This document shows, one piece after another, positions 12,720 through 25,171 of a stretch of DNA of 64,000 bases (the first letter of the stretch is position 1; each line of letters opens with the position of its first letter). Both the position numbers and the translations under genes were made by a program. Under the pieces are notes generated by a model that did no database searches, had not been told where the DNA came from, and worked only from the letters and a program-made list of their open reading frames with translations. Origin of the DNA: Squalus acanthias (taxonomy: Eukaryota); NCBI GenBank assembly GCA_030390025.1, contig JASTWF010000048.1, positions 1,736,001-1,800,000 of the forward strand. The letters are read 5' to 3'.

Positions 12720-13790
12720 CGAGCAGCTGGGAGCTGGATGTTGCAAAGTGGCAGAGAAAGATTACTTGAATGAGCAAAGCAGTGACACTGACAGATGGAG
12801 TTTAATGTGGGCAACCGTGAGATCATCCCCTGTGCACCTAAGAATGATAGATCGGAATATTGTTCAAATGGCGATCAGCTAAAAAAAGTGCAAACCTAAT
12901 GATTGGCTGGCTTTTATCTCAAAGGGGGAGGAAGTTATCTTTCAGTTGTATAATGCTGTGATCAGACTCTGTCTGGAGAACTTCGTGCATCTCTGGAATT
13001 CTGGGCAATCTATATCTGGAAGGATATATTTGCCTTGAAGTGGGTGTCCGCATATTCACCAGAATGATAAGAGAGCAAAAAAGCTTAAATTATGAGAACA
13101 GGTTGTCAAAACTTTGCTTTATTCCCTTCAGGATAGAAGATTAAGAGATGAGCTTATTGAGGTGTTTGAGAATGTTAAAAGAATTCGAGTTGGTAGATTG
13201 AGAGAAACTATTCCCTCTGGTGAGGACAAAGGGAAATAACCTTAAAATTATAGCTAGGCCGTTCAGCTTTCATATCTGGAAGCACTTATTACACAAAGGG
13301 TAGTGGAAATCTGGAATTCCCTCACTCAGTTCACTGATGAGGTTAGAGTTCAATTGGAGATTCCAAAACTTAGATAGACCGATTTTTGTTAAGTAAGGGT
13401 ATCAAGGATTATGGTAACAACAGCAGGCATAAACGGGTCATTTTCGGGCTGGCAGGTTGTAACTAGTGGGGTACTTGGGCCTCAGCTATTTACAATCTAA
13501 ATCAAAGACATAGATGAGGAGGCCCAGTTTAATGTATACAAGTTTGCTGACGATACAAGGCTAGGTGGCAAAGTAAATTGTGAGGCGGACGCAAAGTGGC
13601 TGCGACGGGATATAGACAGGTTTAATAAGTGGACAAAATCGTGGAAGATGGAATATAATGTGGATTTAACCACTTTGGTAGGAAAAATAGAAAAGCAGAA
13701 TATTTTTCAAATGGTGGGAGACTGGGAAATGTTGGTATTCAGAGAGACGTCTGTGTCCTTGTACACGAATCACTGAAAGTTAACATGCAG
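12720..13790 (+). mobile_element. Nested CR1-like LINE fragments abutting the V pseudogene
   Basis: Degraded 3' piece followed by an RT core piece (KFADDT at about 13540) fused to V FR3. Confidence 0.75.
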
Positions 13791-14305
13791 GTTGAATTCG
13801 TTGCCAGTCGGTCGCTCGGCGGTAAAACCTCTGGATTCACACTTTGTGCAGTTAGGGAGTAAAACATCAATTCAGGCTCCTTCCCCGGGTATTGTCTGTA
13901 CCAATACATATACTGAGCACTTGTGCTTTCTCGAGTGCACTTCAGTAACACTCCATCCCCGGAAAATCTGGAGACAGCGGCGGGAGTCAGGCGTATAGTC
14001 TGCGAGTTCACACATGGGAAAGAGAGGGAGAGGAGTAGGTCGGTAAATTGGGACATCCGGGGCAATGGGAGAAAAAGAAAGAATGGAAGAAAGCAAGAAA
14101 GAAAGATAGAAAGAATGAATGAAGAAAAGAAATTAAAACGTAAAAGTAATTTTTTAACAAGAATTAATATCTGCACAATTGGAGAAAAAGAAATAAGGGA
14201 AAGAGGAAAGAAAGAAAGACGTAAAAGTAGTTTATTAACAAGAATTAATGTTTGATAAAATCCCTTACGGTGCAAGAAGAAAATAAGACCCAGCAACAGA
14301 TACAT
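13788..14305 (-). pseudogene. TRBV: Family 1 V pseudogene
   Basis: Leader 14269-14305; acceptor CAG changed to CAT; 13-nt frameshift deletion; FR3 end and RSS replaced by LINE sequence. Confidence 0.88.
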
Positions 14306-15195
14306 CTTTTACATGAAGTATATCCCTTAATAATGAAAGCTGCGAGAACAGGAGCGTGGAGTCTTGTGAGGAGCCAACCCGCTCTTTAAAAATCATTGAG
14401 GAACCCCTGAGCAGCGTCAGGAAGTGATGCAGAGTTGGACACGCCGCATCCAAGAGCGAACCAATCAGAATCGATGAGCTTTCTAATTACCAATGACGGA
14501 CTGGACCTTATGCCGTCAACATTCCCAACAATGGTGTCAATCGCTCGTTTATTGTTTGCTAATCAGAAATGAAATTATCCACGTCTGGAATCCCGATTAG
14601 CCACGTGTAGATTCCCAATTAGCCATACCTTGATTCCCAATTAGCCAAATGTGTGGCTAACACATGGACAACACTGGTCTACAGTAAGCCCTTTTGATAA
14701 CGTGAGGCAGTCGGTGCAACAATATCCGGGTCCCATCGGGCTGTTCATCAGTTCATCTCTTCTATTGCATGGTTGGGCCTATGACGATCAGGAGGCCACA
14801 AAGACTCGGCCTTGACTGGGGAACTTGCAAACGGCCCCACTGTACGCAGGCTGCAGTGAACCCGTTCCACATCAGAGATAACAGTCGCTGAGCTGGAACA
14901 TGAATGGTCACGGATATAGAGCTAAATCGAAGAGGAAATCATTTCCTAGGTCTCCTTAATGACCTTCATTATTGCAAATAAATGATATCAAGGGGTAAGA
15001 GGTAGAATTACAGATTAAAAGGATTAGCTGACGTAAGTGGATTAATGGCCTCCTCCCTTTCCTGTGTAAGAGGCTCGAGGGGCTGAATGGCCTCCTCCTG
15101 ATCCTGTGTAAGAAACTCATGGGGCTGAATGGCCTCCTCCTGCTCCTTTGTTCCGATTGAACCATGTTCCGAGCACTGGTGTGTTTCCTGGTCTA

Positions 15196-15213
15196 GAGCG
15201 CCCTCTACTGTCC
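15196..15213 (-). promoter_or_regulatory. CTCF-like site
   Basis: GGACAGTAGAGGGCGCTC. Confidence 0.7.
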
Positions 15214-15820
15214 CTGTGGCGAAAGAAAGCACAATGTCAGTGTATAAAAAGTACTTTTAATTTATTTCCCTCTTTCTACATTTCGTTCTACTTTTGGTTA
15301 ATATCGTTCTGCCTTTCTATCATTCTTTCCTTGTTTTCTCCACATTTATTTCCTTCTCTTTTTTCTCCCCTGCTTCCTTCCTGTCTTTTTCTTTATTTCG
15401 TTCTTCCATCATGTCTTCCTTTCTTTCAATCTTTCTTTATTTTTTTTCCTTTTTCTTCCCAGCTTACTTTCTTTCTTTTATAATTTCTATCTTCTTTACT
15501 TTCTATCTTTCTCTCCTTGGCCTAACCAATCAAACCCACTGATAATACTCCAAGACATGCGCCAGTCTGTTCAGAATTTCCTGATACTTTATAAACCTCT
15601 CAATTCTGGCATTATCTTTGTTAATCTTTCTTTGCACCTTCTCCAGTGCAGATATATATCTAATCTCTCACTTTAATTCTAACCCGTCAATTCTTCTTGT
15701 CAAAAGCATGTTCGCTCTGCCAAATAAACCCAACAGCACCGCGCGGTTTTATCTTAAACAGGTGTTTTCTGCCGCCTTTGGGGATTTTGTTGAGCTCCTC
15801 CATCTCTCTGAGTCACTGTG

Positions 15821-16206
15821 AAGACTCCAGGCGCAGTAATATACGGCCGAGTGATTCGCCTGCAGGCTGGAGGACTTCAGGTTGAACTCGTTTCCAGTCG
15901 GTCGCTCGGCGGTAAAACCGTCCACCGTCCCCTCTGGATTCAAGAGATTTGTACCCGTGGAATAAAACATAAATTGCGGCTCCTTCCCCGGGTATTGTCT
16001 GTACCAGAACATATACTTATTACTGGTGCTTTCCAGAATGCACTTCAGTAACACTACATCCCCGGGAAATCTGGAGACAGCGGCGGGAGTCTGGCGGATA
16101 GTCTGCGAATTGACATCTGGGAAAGAGACAGGGAGAGGAAGAGGTCAGTAAACAAGAACATTCTGGGTGTTGGAGCAATAAAGCAAAATAGCAAGAACGA
16201 AAGGAG

Positions 16207-16292
<86 letters not shown>

Positions 16293-16382
16293 GTAACGTA
16301 AAGGAAGATTATTAACAAGAATTAATGATTGAAAAAGTCCCTCACAGTGAAACAAGATAATCAGACTCAGTAACAGATACAT
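15821..16382 (-). CDS. TRBV: Family 1 V, apparently functional
   Basis: Leader 16346-16382; V exon 15821-16116 open; 23-RSS 15782-15820 with nonamer ACAAAATCC. Confidence 0.88.
16207..16291. repeat. (GAAA)n microsatellite in leader-V intron
   Basis: Pure tetranucleotide run; also at 25087-25172 and 57101-57183. Confidence 0.95.
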
Positions 16383-17088
16383 CTTTTACTTGAAGCGTTT
16401 CTCTTAATAATTGAAAGCAGCGAGAATAGGAGCGTGGAGTCTTGTGAGGAACCAACCCGCTCTTTAAAAATCATTGACGAAACCCTGAGCAGAGTGAGGG
16501 AGTGATGCAGAGTTGGTCACGCCCCTTCCTCCAGCGAACCAATCAGAATCGATGTGCTTGCTAATTACCAATGACTGACTGGACCTTATGCCGTTAACAT
16601 TCCCAACAACGGTGTCTGTCGCTCGTTTATTGTTCGCTAATCAGAAATGAAATTATCCACGTCTCTATTCCCGATTAGCCACATGTAGATTCCCAATTAG
16701 CCAAACCTTGATTCCCAATTAGCCACATGTGAATAGTGGCGAACACATGGACAACACTGGGCTAAAGTAAACCCTTTTGGTAACGTGTGGCCGTCGGTGC
16801 AACAATATCCGGGTCACAGCGGGCTGTTCATCTGTTCTATTGCATGGTTGGGTCTGTGACGATCAGGAGGACTCAAAGATTCGCCCTTGACTGGGGAACT
16901 TGCAAACGTCCCCACTGTATTCAGACTGCAGTGAACCCGTTCCACATTAGAGATAGCACTCGCTGAGCTGGAAGATGAATGGCCACGGATTTAGAGCTAA
17001 ATGGAAGAGGGGCTGAATGGCCTTCGCCCGTTCAAGTATCAGAGGCTCGGTGCGCTGAATAGCCGACTTCTGTTCCCGTGTTCCTATT

Positions 17089-17106
17089 GACCGCCCTCTA
17101 CTGTCC
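17089..17106 (-). promoter_or_regulatory. CTCF-like site (variant)
   Basis: GGACAGTAGAGGGCGGTC. Confidence 0.6.
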
Positions 17107-17715
17107 CTGTGGAGAAAGACAACACAATGTCTGTGTATAAAAAATAGTATTTTACTTACTTACCTTCTTTATATATTTCGTTCTATTTTTATTTCTATCT
17201 TTCTGCGTTTCTATCTTTCTTTCTTTTTTGTATTTTTCGTTCTATCCTTCTCCTTTTGTCTTTCTTGCTTCCTTACTTTCTTTCTTTCTTTCGTTCCCTC
17301 TTCCTTTATTTCTTTCTCTTTTTCTTCCTTTCTTTCTTTTATTTTTCCTATCTTCCTTTCTTTATATCTTTCTTCTGTACGCCTCCCCTAAAAAACAAAT
17401 TGTTAATCTTTAAGGACCTCTGTCATGTCACAACTCAGCCTTCTCTTCTCTGCAGTAAACAGTCCCAGCCTCTTCAGCCTGTCCTGATAGTTAGTACCTC
17501 TCAATTCTGATCTCATCCTTGTTAATCATTATTTCTACCTTCTCCAGTGCCTCTATAATTAATCTCTCACTTTTAATCTTCCTGTTGTCAAAATCACGTT
17601 CGCTCTGTAAAATAAACCCAACAGGACGCGGCACCGCGGGGTTTTACATTAAACAGTTGTTTCCTGCCGCCTTTGGGGTTTTTGTTGAGCTCCTCCATCT
17701 CTCTGAGTCACTATG

Positions 17716-18229
17716 AAAACTCCAGGCGCAGTATTACACGGCCGAGTGATTCGCCCGCAGGCTGGAGCACTTCAGATTGAACTTGTAGTCATCGGTCGCT
17801 CGGCGGTAAAACCGTCCACCGTTCGCCCTGGATCCACGGCATAGGTCGTCAAGGAGTAAAACATCAACTGCGGCTCCTTCCCCGGGTATTGTCTATAACA
17901 GGACATGCGATTGCTACTGTCCCCCTCCACATCTCACTTCAGTTCCACTCCATCCCCGGGAAATCTGGAGAAAGTGGCGGGAGTCTGGCGGATATTCTGC
18001 TAGTTCACGGCTGGGAAAGAGACGGGGAGAGGAGGAATTCAGTAAACGGTGTTATTTGTAAATATGGAGAAAGAAATAAAGAATGAAAGAAAAAAGGAAA
18101 GAAAGAATGAAAGAAAGTCAGAAAGAAAGAAGGAAAGAAGGACAGAAAGAAAGAGTAAAGGAAGCTAATTAACTAGATATATTGTCCCTTACGGTGGTGC
18201 AAAATTATAAGACCCAGTAACAAATACAT
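17716..18229 (-). pseudogene. TRBV: Family 1 V pseudogene
   Basis: First Cys codon is TGA, Trp is Cys, 1-nt deletion, TAA in YYC; heptamer CATAGTG 17709-17715. Confidence 0.9.
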
Positions 18230-19403
18230 CTTTTACTGGAAGCTTTTCTCTTAATAATGAAATGAGCGAGAACAGGAGAGTTGAGTCTTGTGAGGAGCCA
18301 ATCCGCTCTTTTCAAATCATTGAGGAAAACATGAAGAGCGTGAGGACGTGATGCAGGGTTGGACACGCCCCCTTCCTCCATCGAACCAAGCAGTATCTAT
18401 GTGCTTGCTAATTACCAATGACTGACTGGATCTTATGCCGTTCACATTCCCAGCAATGGTGCCCATTGCTCATTGTTTATTTACTAATCAGAAATGCATT
18501 AACGCACATCTGGATTCCCAGTCATCAACATCTGTATCCCAAGTTAGCCACATGTGACTAGTGGCGCACACATGAACAACACTCGTCTAAAGTAAGCCCT
18601 TCAGATAAGAAGAGGCAGTCGGTGCAACAATATCCGGGTCACATCGGGCTGCTTATCTGTTCTGCCATGTGGTTGGGCTCATTAATGGGCGTATGATGAC
18701 CAGGAGGAATCACAGACTCGCCCTTGACTGCGGAAATTGCAAACGGCCCCACTGTATTCCGATTGCCGTTAACCCGTTCCACATCAGAGATATTACTGGC
18801 TGAGCTGGAACGTGAATGGCCACGGATATAGAGCTAAATGGAACAGGGAATAATTTCCTAGGTGTGCTTAAAGACCCTCATTAATGCAAATAAAGTCCGG
18901 TTGTTGAGATATTATGTATTTTGAAAATAATCATATAATAGTGCAGCACAGAAGGAGGTCATTCGGCCCATGGAGTCTGCGCCGGATTTTTCGAAGAACA
19001 ATGCAGTTAGTCACACTCCGCCGCTCTTTCCCCATATCCCTGCAGTTTCGCTCCTACGAATATTTATCCAAGTCCCTTTTGAAATGTGGAACTCTCGCCC
19101 CCAAAATGCTGCGGATGCTGGGGGACAATTGGAGCACGCAAGGCTGAGTTGGATCGATTCATGTTGGGTTCGGATATCAAGGGATATGCAGCAAAGGCGG
19201 GTTAATGAGGTTGAATTACAGATTAAAAGGCAGAGCTGACGCAATGGAAGAATGGTCTCCTTTCAATTCCTATGTAAGAGGGACATGGGGCTGAAAGGCC
19301 TCCTCCTGTTCCTGTCTAACAGGCTCGAGGGGCTGAATGGCCTCCTCCTGTTCCTGTGATACGATTAAAACATGTTCCGGGCACTGGTGTGTTTCATGGT
19401 CTA

Positions 19404-19421
19404 GAGCACCCTCTACTGTCC
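19404..19421 (-). promoter_or_regulatory. CTCF-like site (variant, in V-less partial unit)
   Basis: GGACAGTAGAGGGTGCTC. Confidence 0.5.
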
Positions 19422-20090
19422 CTGTGGAGAAACAAAGCACAATGTCACTGCATGAAAAAGTACTTTTAATTACTTTCCTTCTTTCTATATTTCGTTCTTT
19501 CTTTTCAATATCTTTCTTTCCTTCTCATTTTTCTTCCCAGCCTCCAACCTTTGTTTTTCTTTATTTTGTTCTTACATTATTTCTTCCTTTCTTTACTTCT
19601 TTCTTTCTTTATTTCCCTAAATTCCTGTCTTTCTTTCGGGGCTCAGAGGGCTAATTGCTGAGGACAGGTTGCATAAACTTGGCTTGCATCCCCTTGAATT
19701 TTGGAGATTGAGGAGTGAACTGACTGAGGTGTTTCAAATGTTAAAATGATCCGATAGGGAAGATACAGATAAACTATTTCCTCTGGTGGGCGAGTCCAGA
19801 ACAGTCCCAAATGCGACTGAGGTACAAATCAGACATGATCGGATAGAACGGCTGAATGGCCTCCTCCCGTTCCTCTGTAAGAGGCTCGTGGGACTGAATG
19901 GCCTCCTCTTGTTCCTGTGACATAGGCTCGAGGGGCTGAATGGCCTCCTCCGGTTCCTGTGTAATTGGCTCGTGGGGTTGAATGGCCTCCTCCTGTTCCT
20001 GTGTAAGAGGCTCGTGGGGCTGAATGGCCTCCTCCTGTTCCTGTGTTCCGATTGAACCATGTTCCGGGAACTGGTGTATTCCTTGGTCTA

Positions 20091-20108
20091 GAGCGCCCTC
20101 TACTGTCC
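20091..20108 (-). promoter_or_regulatory. CTCF-like site
   Basis: GGACAGTAGAGGGCGCTC. Confidence 0.7.
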
Positions 20109-20746
20109 CTGTGGAGAAAGAAAGCACAATGTCAGTGTATTAAATAATTGTTTTAATTACTATCCTTCTTTCAACATTTCGTTCTATTTATCATTACTAA
20201 CGTTCTGCCTTTCTATCTTTCTTTCTTTTCACCAACATTCTTTCCTTTTCATTTTTCTTCCCTGCTTCCTTCCTTTCTTTATTCTTTATTTCCTTCTTTC
20301 ATTATTTATTTATTTCTGTCCTTCTAACTTTATTTATTTCCACTTCCATCCTATCTTTCAATATTTTATACTTTCTATCTTCCTTTCTTTCTATATTTCA
20401 TCACTACGCCTAACCTATCAACCCCATTGATAATATTTAAAGATCTTTGTCAGGTCAGCCCTCAGCCTTCTCTTTCAAAGAGAAAAGAGTTCCAGACTGT
20501 TCAGCATTTCCTGATTGCTTAAAACTCTCAATTCTGACATTGTCCTTGATATTCTTTATTTACACATTCTCCAGTGCCTCTATATCTAATCTCTCACGTT
20601 TATTCTAACCCGTCTCTTCTTGTTGTCAAAAACATGTTCGCTCTGCAAGATAAACCCAACAGCACTGCGCGGTTTTATCATAAACAGGTGTTTCCTGCCG
20701 CCTTTGGGGTTTTTGTTGAGCTCCTCCATCTCTCTGAGTCACTGTG

Positions 20747-21205
20747 AAGACTCCAGGCACAGTAATACACGGCCGACTGATTCGCCCGCAGACTGGAGGA
20801 CTTCAGGTTGAACTCGTTGTCATTCGGTCGCTCGGCTGTAAACCCGTCCACCGTCCCCTCTGGATTCACCTGATTGGTAGACCCGGAGTAAAACAGAAAC
20901 TGCGGCTCCTTCCCCGGGTATTGTCTGTATCAGTACATATACCTAGTACTGGAGCTTTCCAGAGTGCACTCCATCCCCGGGAAATCTAGAGACAGCGGCG
21001 GGAGTCTGGCGAATAATTTCCGAGCTCACGTCTGGGAAAGAGACATGGAGAGAGGAGGAGGTCAGTAAATTGGGACAAACGTGGCAATGGAAGAAAAGAA
21101 ATAAAGCAAGGCAGAACAACGTAAAAGTAGGTAATTAGCAAGAATTAATGTTTGAAAAAGTCACTTACGGTGAAACAAGATAATAAGACCCAGTAACAGA
21201 TACAT
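20747..21205 (-). pseudogene. TRBV: Family 1 V pseudogene with intact RSS
   Basis: 11-nt FR1 deletion and Trp to TGA; consensus 23-RSS 20708-20746; leader 21169-21205. Confidence 0.9.
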
Positions 21206-21799
21206 CTTTTACTTGAAGCGTTTATCTTAATAATGAAAGCAGCGAGAACAGGAGCGTGGAGTCTTGTGAGGAGCCAACCCGCTCTTTAAAATTCATTGAG
21301 GAAACCCTGAGCAGCGTGAGGGAGTGATGCAGAGTTGGACACGCCCCCTTCCTCCAGCGAAACAATCAGAATCGATGTGCGTGCGAATCACCAATGTCTG
21401 ACTTGACCTAATGCCGTTAACATTCCCAACAACGGTGTCTATCGCTCGTTCATTGTTTGCTAATCAGAAATGAAATTATCCACGTCTGGATTCTCGATTA
21501 GCCACATGTAGATTCCCAATTAGCCAAACCTTGATTCCTAATTTGGCACATGTGACTCGTGGCTAACACATGGACAACACTAGTCTAAGGTAAGCTCTTT
21601 TGTAACGTGAGGCAGTCGGTGCAACAATATCCGGGTCACATCGGGCTGTTCATCTGTTTTATTGCATGGTTGGGCCTATGACGATCAGGAGGACTCAAAG
21701 ACTCGCCCTTGACTGGGGAACCAGCAAACGACCACACTGTATTCAGACTGCAGTGAACCCGTCCCACATCAGAGATAACACTCGCTGAGCTGGAACATG

Positions 21800-23288
21800 G
21801 CTTTGATCTTTGGGTCCTCACTGTCCACGGGAATGATGCCAGAGGACTGGAGAGTGGCGAATGTTGTTCCTCTCTTCAAGAAAGGAAATAGGAATGACCC
21901 TGGTAATTATAGGCCGGTTAGTCTTACTTCGGTGGTTGGTAAGATAATGGAAAAGGTCCTGAGGGATAGGATTTATGACCATTTGGAAAGGGGCAACTTA
22001 ATCAGGGATAGTCAACACGGATTCGTGAAGGGTAAGTCTTGCCTAACAAATGTGATTGAATTCTTTGAGGAGGTAACTAAGTGTGTAGATGAAGGTAGAG
22101 CAGTTGATGTCGTATACATGGATTTTAGTAAGGCGTTTGATAAGGTTCCCCATGGTCGGCTCATGAAGAAAGTAAGGAGTTGTGGGATAGAGGGAAATTT
22201 GGCCGATTGGATAAGTAACTGTCTATCTCATAGAAGGCAGAGGGTGGTGGTGGATGGAACATTTTCGGACTGGAGATCAGTTACCAGCGGTGTGCCACAC
22301 GGGTCGGTGCTGGGTCCTCTGCTGTTTGTGATTTTTATCAATGACTTGGAGGAGGGGACTGAAGGGTGGATCAGTAAATTTGCTGATGACACCAAGATTG
22401 GTGGAGCAGTGGATGAGGTGGAGGGCTGTTGTAGGCTGCAAAGAGACATTGATAGGATGCAGAGCTGGGCCGAAAAATGGCAGATGGAATTTAACCCTGA
22501 TAAGTGCGAGGTGATTCATTTTGGTAGGGCAAATTTGAATAAGCATTACAGGGTCAACGGCAGGGTTCTGAGGAACGTGGAGGAGCAGAGGGATCCGGGG
22601 GTTCATATCCACAGATCTCTGAAGGTTGCCACTCAAGTGGATAGAGCAGTAAAGAAGGCCTATGGTGTGTTGGCGTTTATTAACAGAGGTTTTGAGTTTA
22701 AGAACCGTGAGGTTATGCTGCAACTGTACAGGACCTTGGTGAGACCACATTTGGAATATTGTGTGCAGTTCTGGTCTCCTCACTTTCGGAAGGACGTGGA
22801 AGCATTGGAAAGAGTGCAAAGGAGATTTACCAGGATGCTGCCTGGTTTGGGGGGGAGGTCTTATGAGGAAAGATTGAGGGAGTTGGGGCTTTTCTCTTTA
22901 GAGCGGAGGAGGATGAGAGGCGACTTAATAGAGGTTTATAAGATGATGAGGGGGATAGATAGAGTGGATGTTCAGAGACTATTTCCTCGGGTAGAGGCAG
23001 CTGTTACAAGGGGGCATAACTATAAGGTGCATGGGGGGAGATATAGAAGGGATGTCCGAGGTAGATTCTTTACTCAGAGAGTGGTTGGGGTGTGGAATGG
23101 ACTGCCTGCTGTGATAGTGGAGTCGGACACTTTAGGAACTTTCAAGCGGTTATTGGATAAGCACATGGAGCACACCAGAGTGATAGGGAGTGTGATAGCT
23201 TGATCTTGGTCTCGGACAATGCTCGGCACAACATCGAGGGCCGAAGGGCCTGTACTGTGCTGTACTGTTCCATGTTCTATGTTCTATG
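21800..23288 (+). mobile_element. Young 5'-truncated CR1-like LINE with uninterrupted RT ORF
   Basis: 468-aa ORF 21797-23203 (NYRPVSLTS, QHGF, YMDFSKAFDKVPH, FADD); (TTCTATG)n tail; interrupts a block that is contiguous in paralogous units. Confidence 0.95.
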
Positions 23289-23729
23289 AATGGCCACGAA
23301 TATAGAGCTAAATGGAAGAAGGAATAATTTCCTAGGTCTCCTTAATGACCCACATTATTCCCCAAAAATCTGGCTTTTGAGTAAATAAGTATTTTGAAAA
23401 ACTCATAAAATCGTAGAGTGGTGTAGCACAGAAGGAGGTCATTCGGCCCATGCAGTCTGCACTGGCTCTTTCGAAGAGCAATCTAGTTAGTCCCACTCAC
23501 CCGCTCTTTCCCCATATCCCTGCAGTTTTGCTCCTTCGAGTATTTATCCAATTCCCTTTTGAAATATGGAACTCTCGCCCCCAAAAGGCTGCGGATGCTG
23601 GAGGACAATTGGAGCTCGCAAGTCTGAGTTGGATCGATTCTTGTTGGGTTAGGATATCAAGGGATATACAGCAAAGGTGGGTTAATGAGTTTGAATTACA
23701 TATTAAAAGGCAGAGCAGACGCAAGTGAA

Positions 23730-24050
23730 TGAACGGCCTCCCCCCGTTCCTGTGTAACAGGCTCGAGCGGCTGAATGGCCTTCTCCTTTCCTGTGTAAGA
23801 GGCTCGTTGGGGGTAAATGGCCTCCTCCTTTGTCTGTGTAACAGGCTCGAGGGGCTGAATGGCCTCCTCCTGTTCCTGTGTAACAGGCTCGAGGTGCTGA
23901 ATGGTATCCTCCTGTTCCTGTGTAACAGGCTCGAGGTGCTGAATGGCCTCCTCCAGTTACTGTGTAAGAGTCTCGAGCAGCTGAATGGCCTCCTCCTGTT
24001 CCTGTGCAACAGGCTCGAGGGACTCAATGGTCTCCTCCTGTTCCTGTGCT
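23730..24050 (+). repeat. 42-bp minisatellite derived from the LINE 3' tail
   Basis: Tandem aggctcgaggggctgaatggcctcctcctgttcctgtgtaac; further arrays at about 8640-8930, 15040-15160, 19250-19360, 19850-20050, 26510-26760, 38680-38890, 40590-40750. Confidence 0.92.
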
Positions 24051-24093
24051 CCGATTGAACCATGTTCCGGGCACTGGTGTGTTTCATGGTCTA

Positions 24094-24111
24094 GAGCGCC
24101 CCCTACTGTCC
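24094..24111 (-). promoter_or_regulatory. CTCF-like site
   Basis: GGACAGTAGGGGGCGCTC. Confidence 0.72.
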
Positions 24112-24715
24112 TTGTGGGGAAAGAAAGCACAATGTCAGTGTATAAAAAAGGATTTCAATGACTTTCCTTCTTTCTATATTTCATTCTTTCTTTCTTTCCT
24201 CTTTCTTTCTTTCCTTCTCCTTTTTCTTGCCTGCCTCCATCCTTATTTTTTCTTGATTTTATTCTTACATTATTTCTTCCTTTCTTTCCTTCTTCCTGTA
24301 TTTATTTCCCTCTTTCTTCCTATCTTTCTTTCTTTTATTCTTTCAATCTTCCTTTCTTTCTATCTTTCTTCACTACGCCTAACCTAACAAATCCATTGAT
24401 AATATTTAAAGACCTCTGCCAGGTCACACCTCAAACTTCTCTTTTCTGGACAAAACAGCCCGAGCCTGTTCAGCATTTCCTGATAGCAAGAACCTCTAAA
24501 TTCTGGTGTCATCCTTGTTAATCTTTCTTTGCACCTTCTCCAGTGCCTCTATATCTAATCACTCAATTTTATTCTAACCCGTCTCTTCTTGTGGTCAAAT
24601 ACACGTTCGCTCTGCAAAATACACCCAACAACACCGCGCGGTTTTAACTTAAACAGATGTTTCCTGCCGCCTTTGGGGTTTTTGTTGAGCTCCTCCGTCT
24701 CTCTGAGTCACTGTG

Positions 24716-25087
24716 AAGACTCCAGGCGCAGTAATACACGGCCGAGTGATTCGCCCGCAGGCTGGAGGACTTCAGGTTGAACTCGTTCCAATTCGGTCGC
24801 TCGGCGGTAAAACCGTCCACCTTCCCCTCTGCAGTCACGCTTTGTACAGTTGTGGAGTAAAACATCAACTGCGGCTCCTTCCCCGGGTATTGTCTGTACC
24901 AATACATGTAAGAAGCACTGATGCCCTTCACATCGCACTTCAGGTCCACTCCCTCCCGAGCAGATTTGGAGATAGCGGCGGGAGTCTGTTGGATACTCTG
25001 CGAGTTCACATCTGGGAAAAAGAGGGAGAGAGGAGGAGGTCAATAAATTGTACCATTCTGGGAATGGGAGAAAGAAAAATAGTAGGA

Positions 25088-25171
<84 letters not shown>

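Noticed and set aside
23497-24387. ORFs with LFLCNRLEGLNGLL or HRNRRRPFSPSSLL repeats (also about 33.3, 36.2, 48.8, 53.1 kb)
   Set aside because: Translations of the 42-bp minisatellite, open in several frames on both strands; not genes
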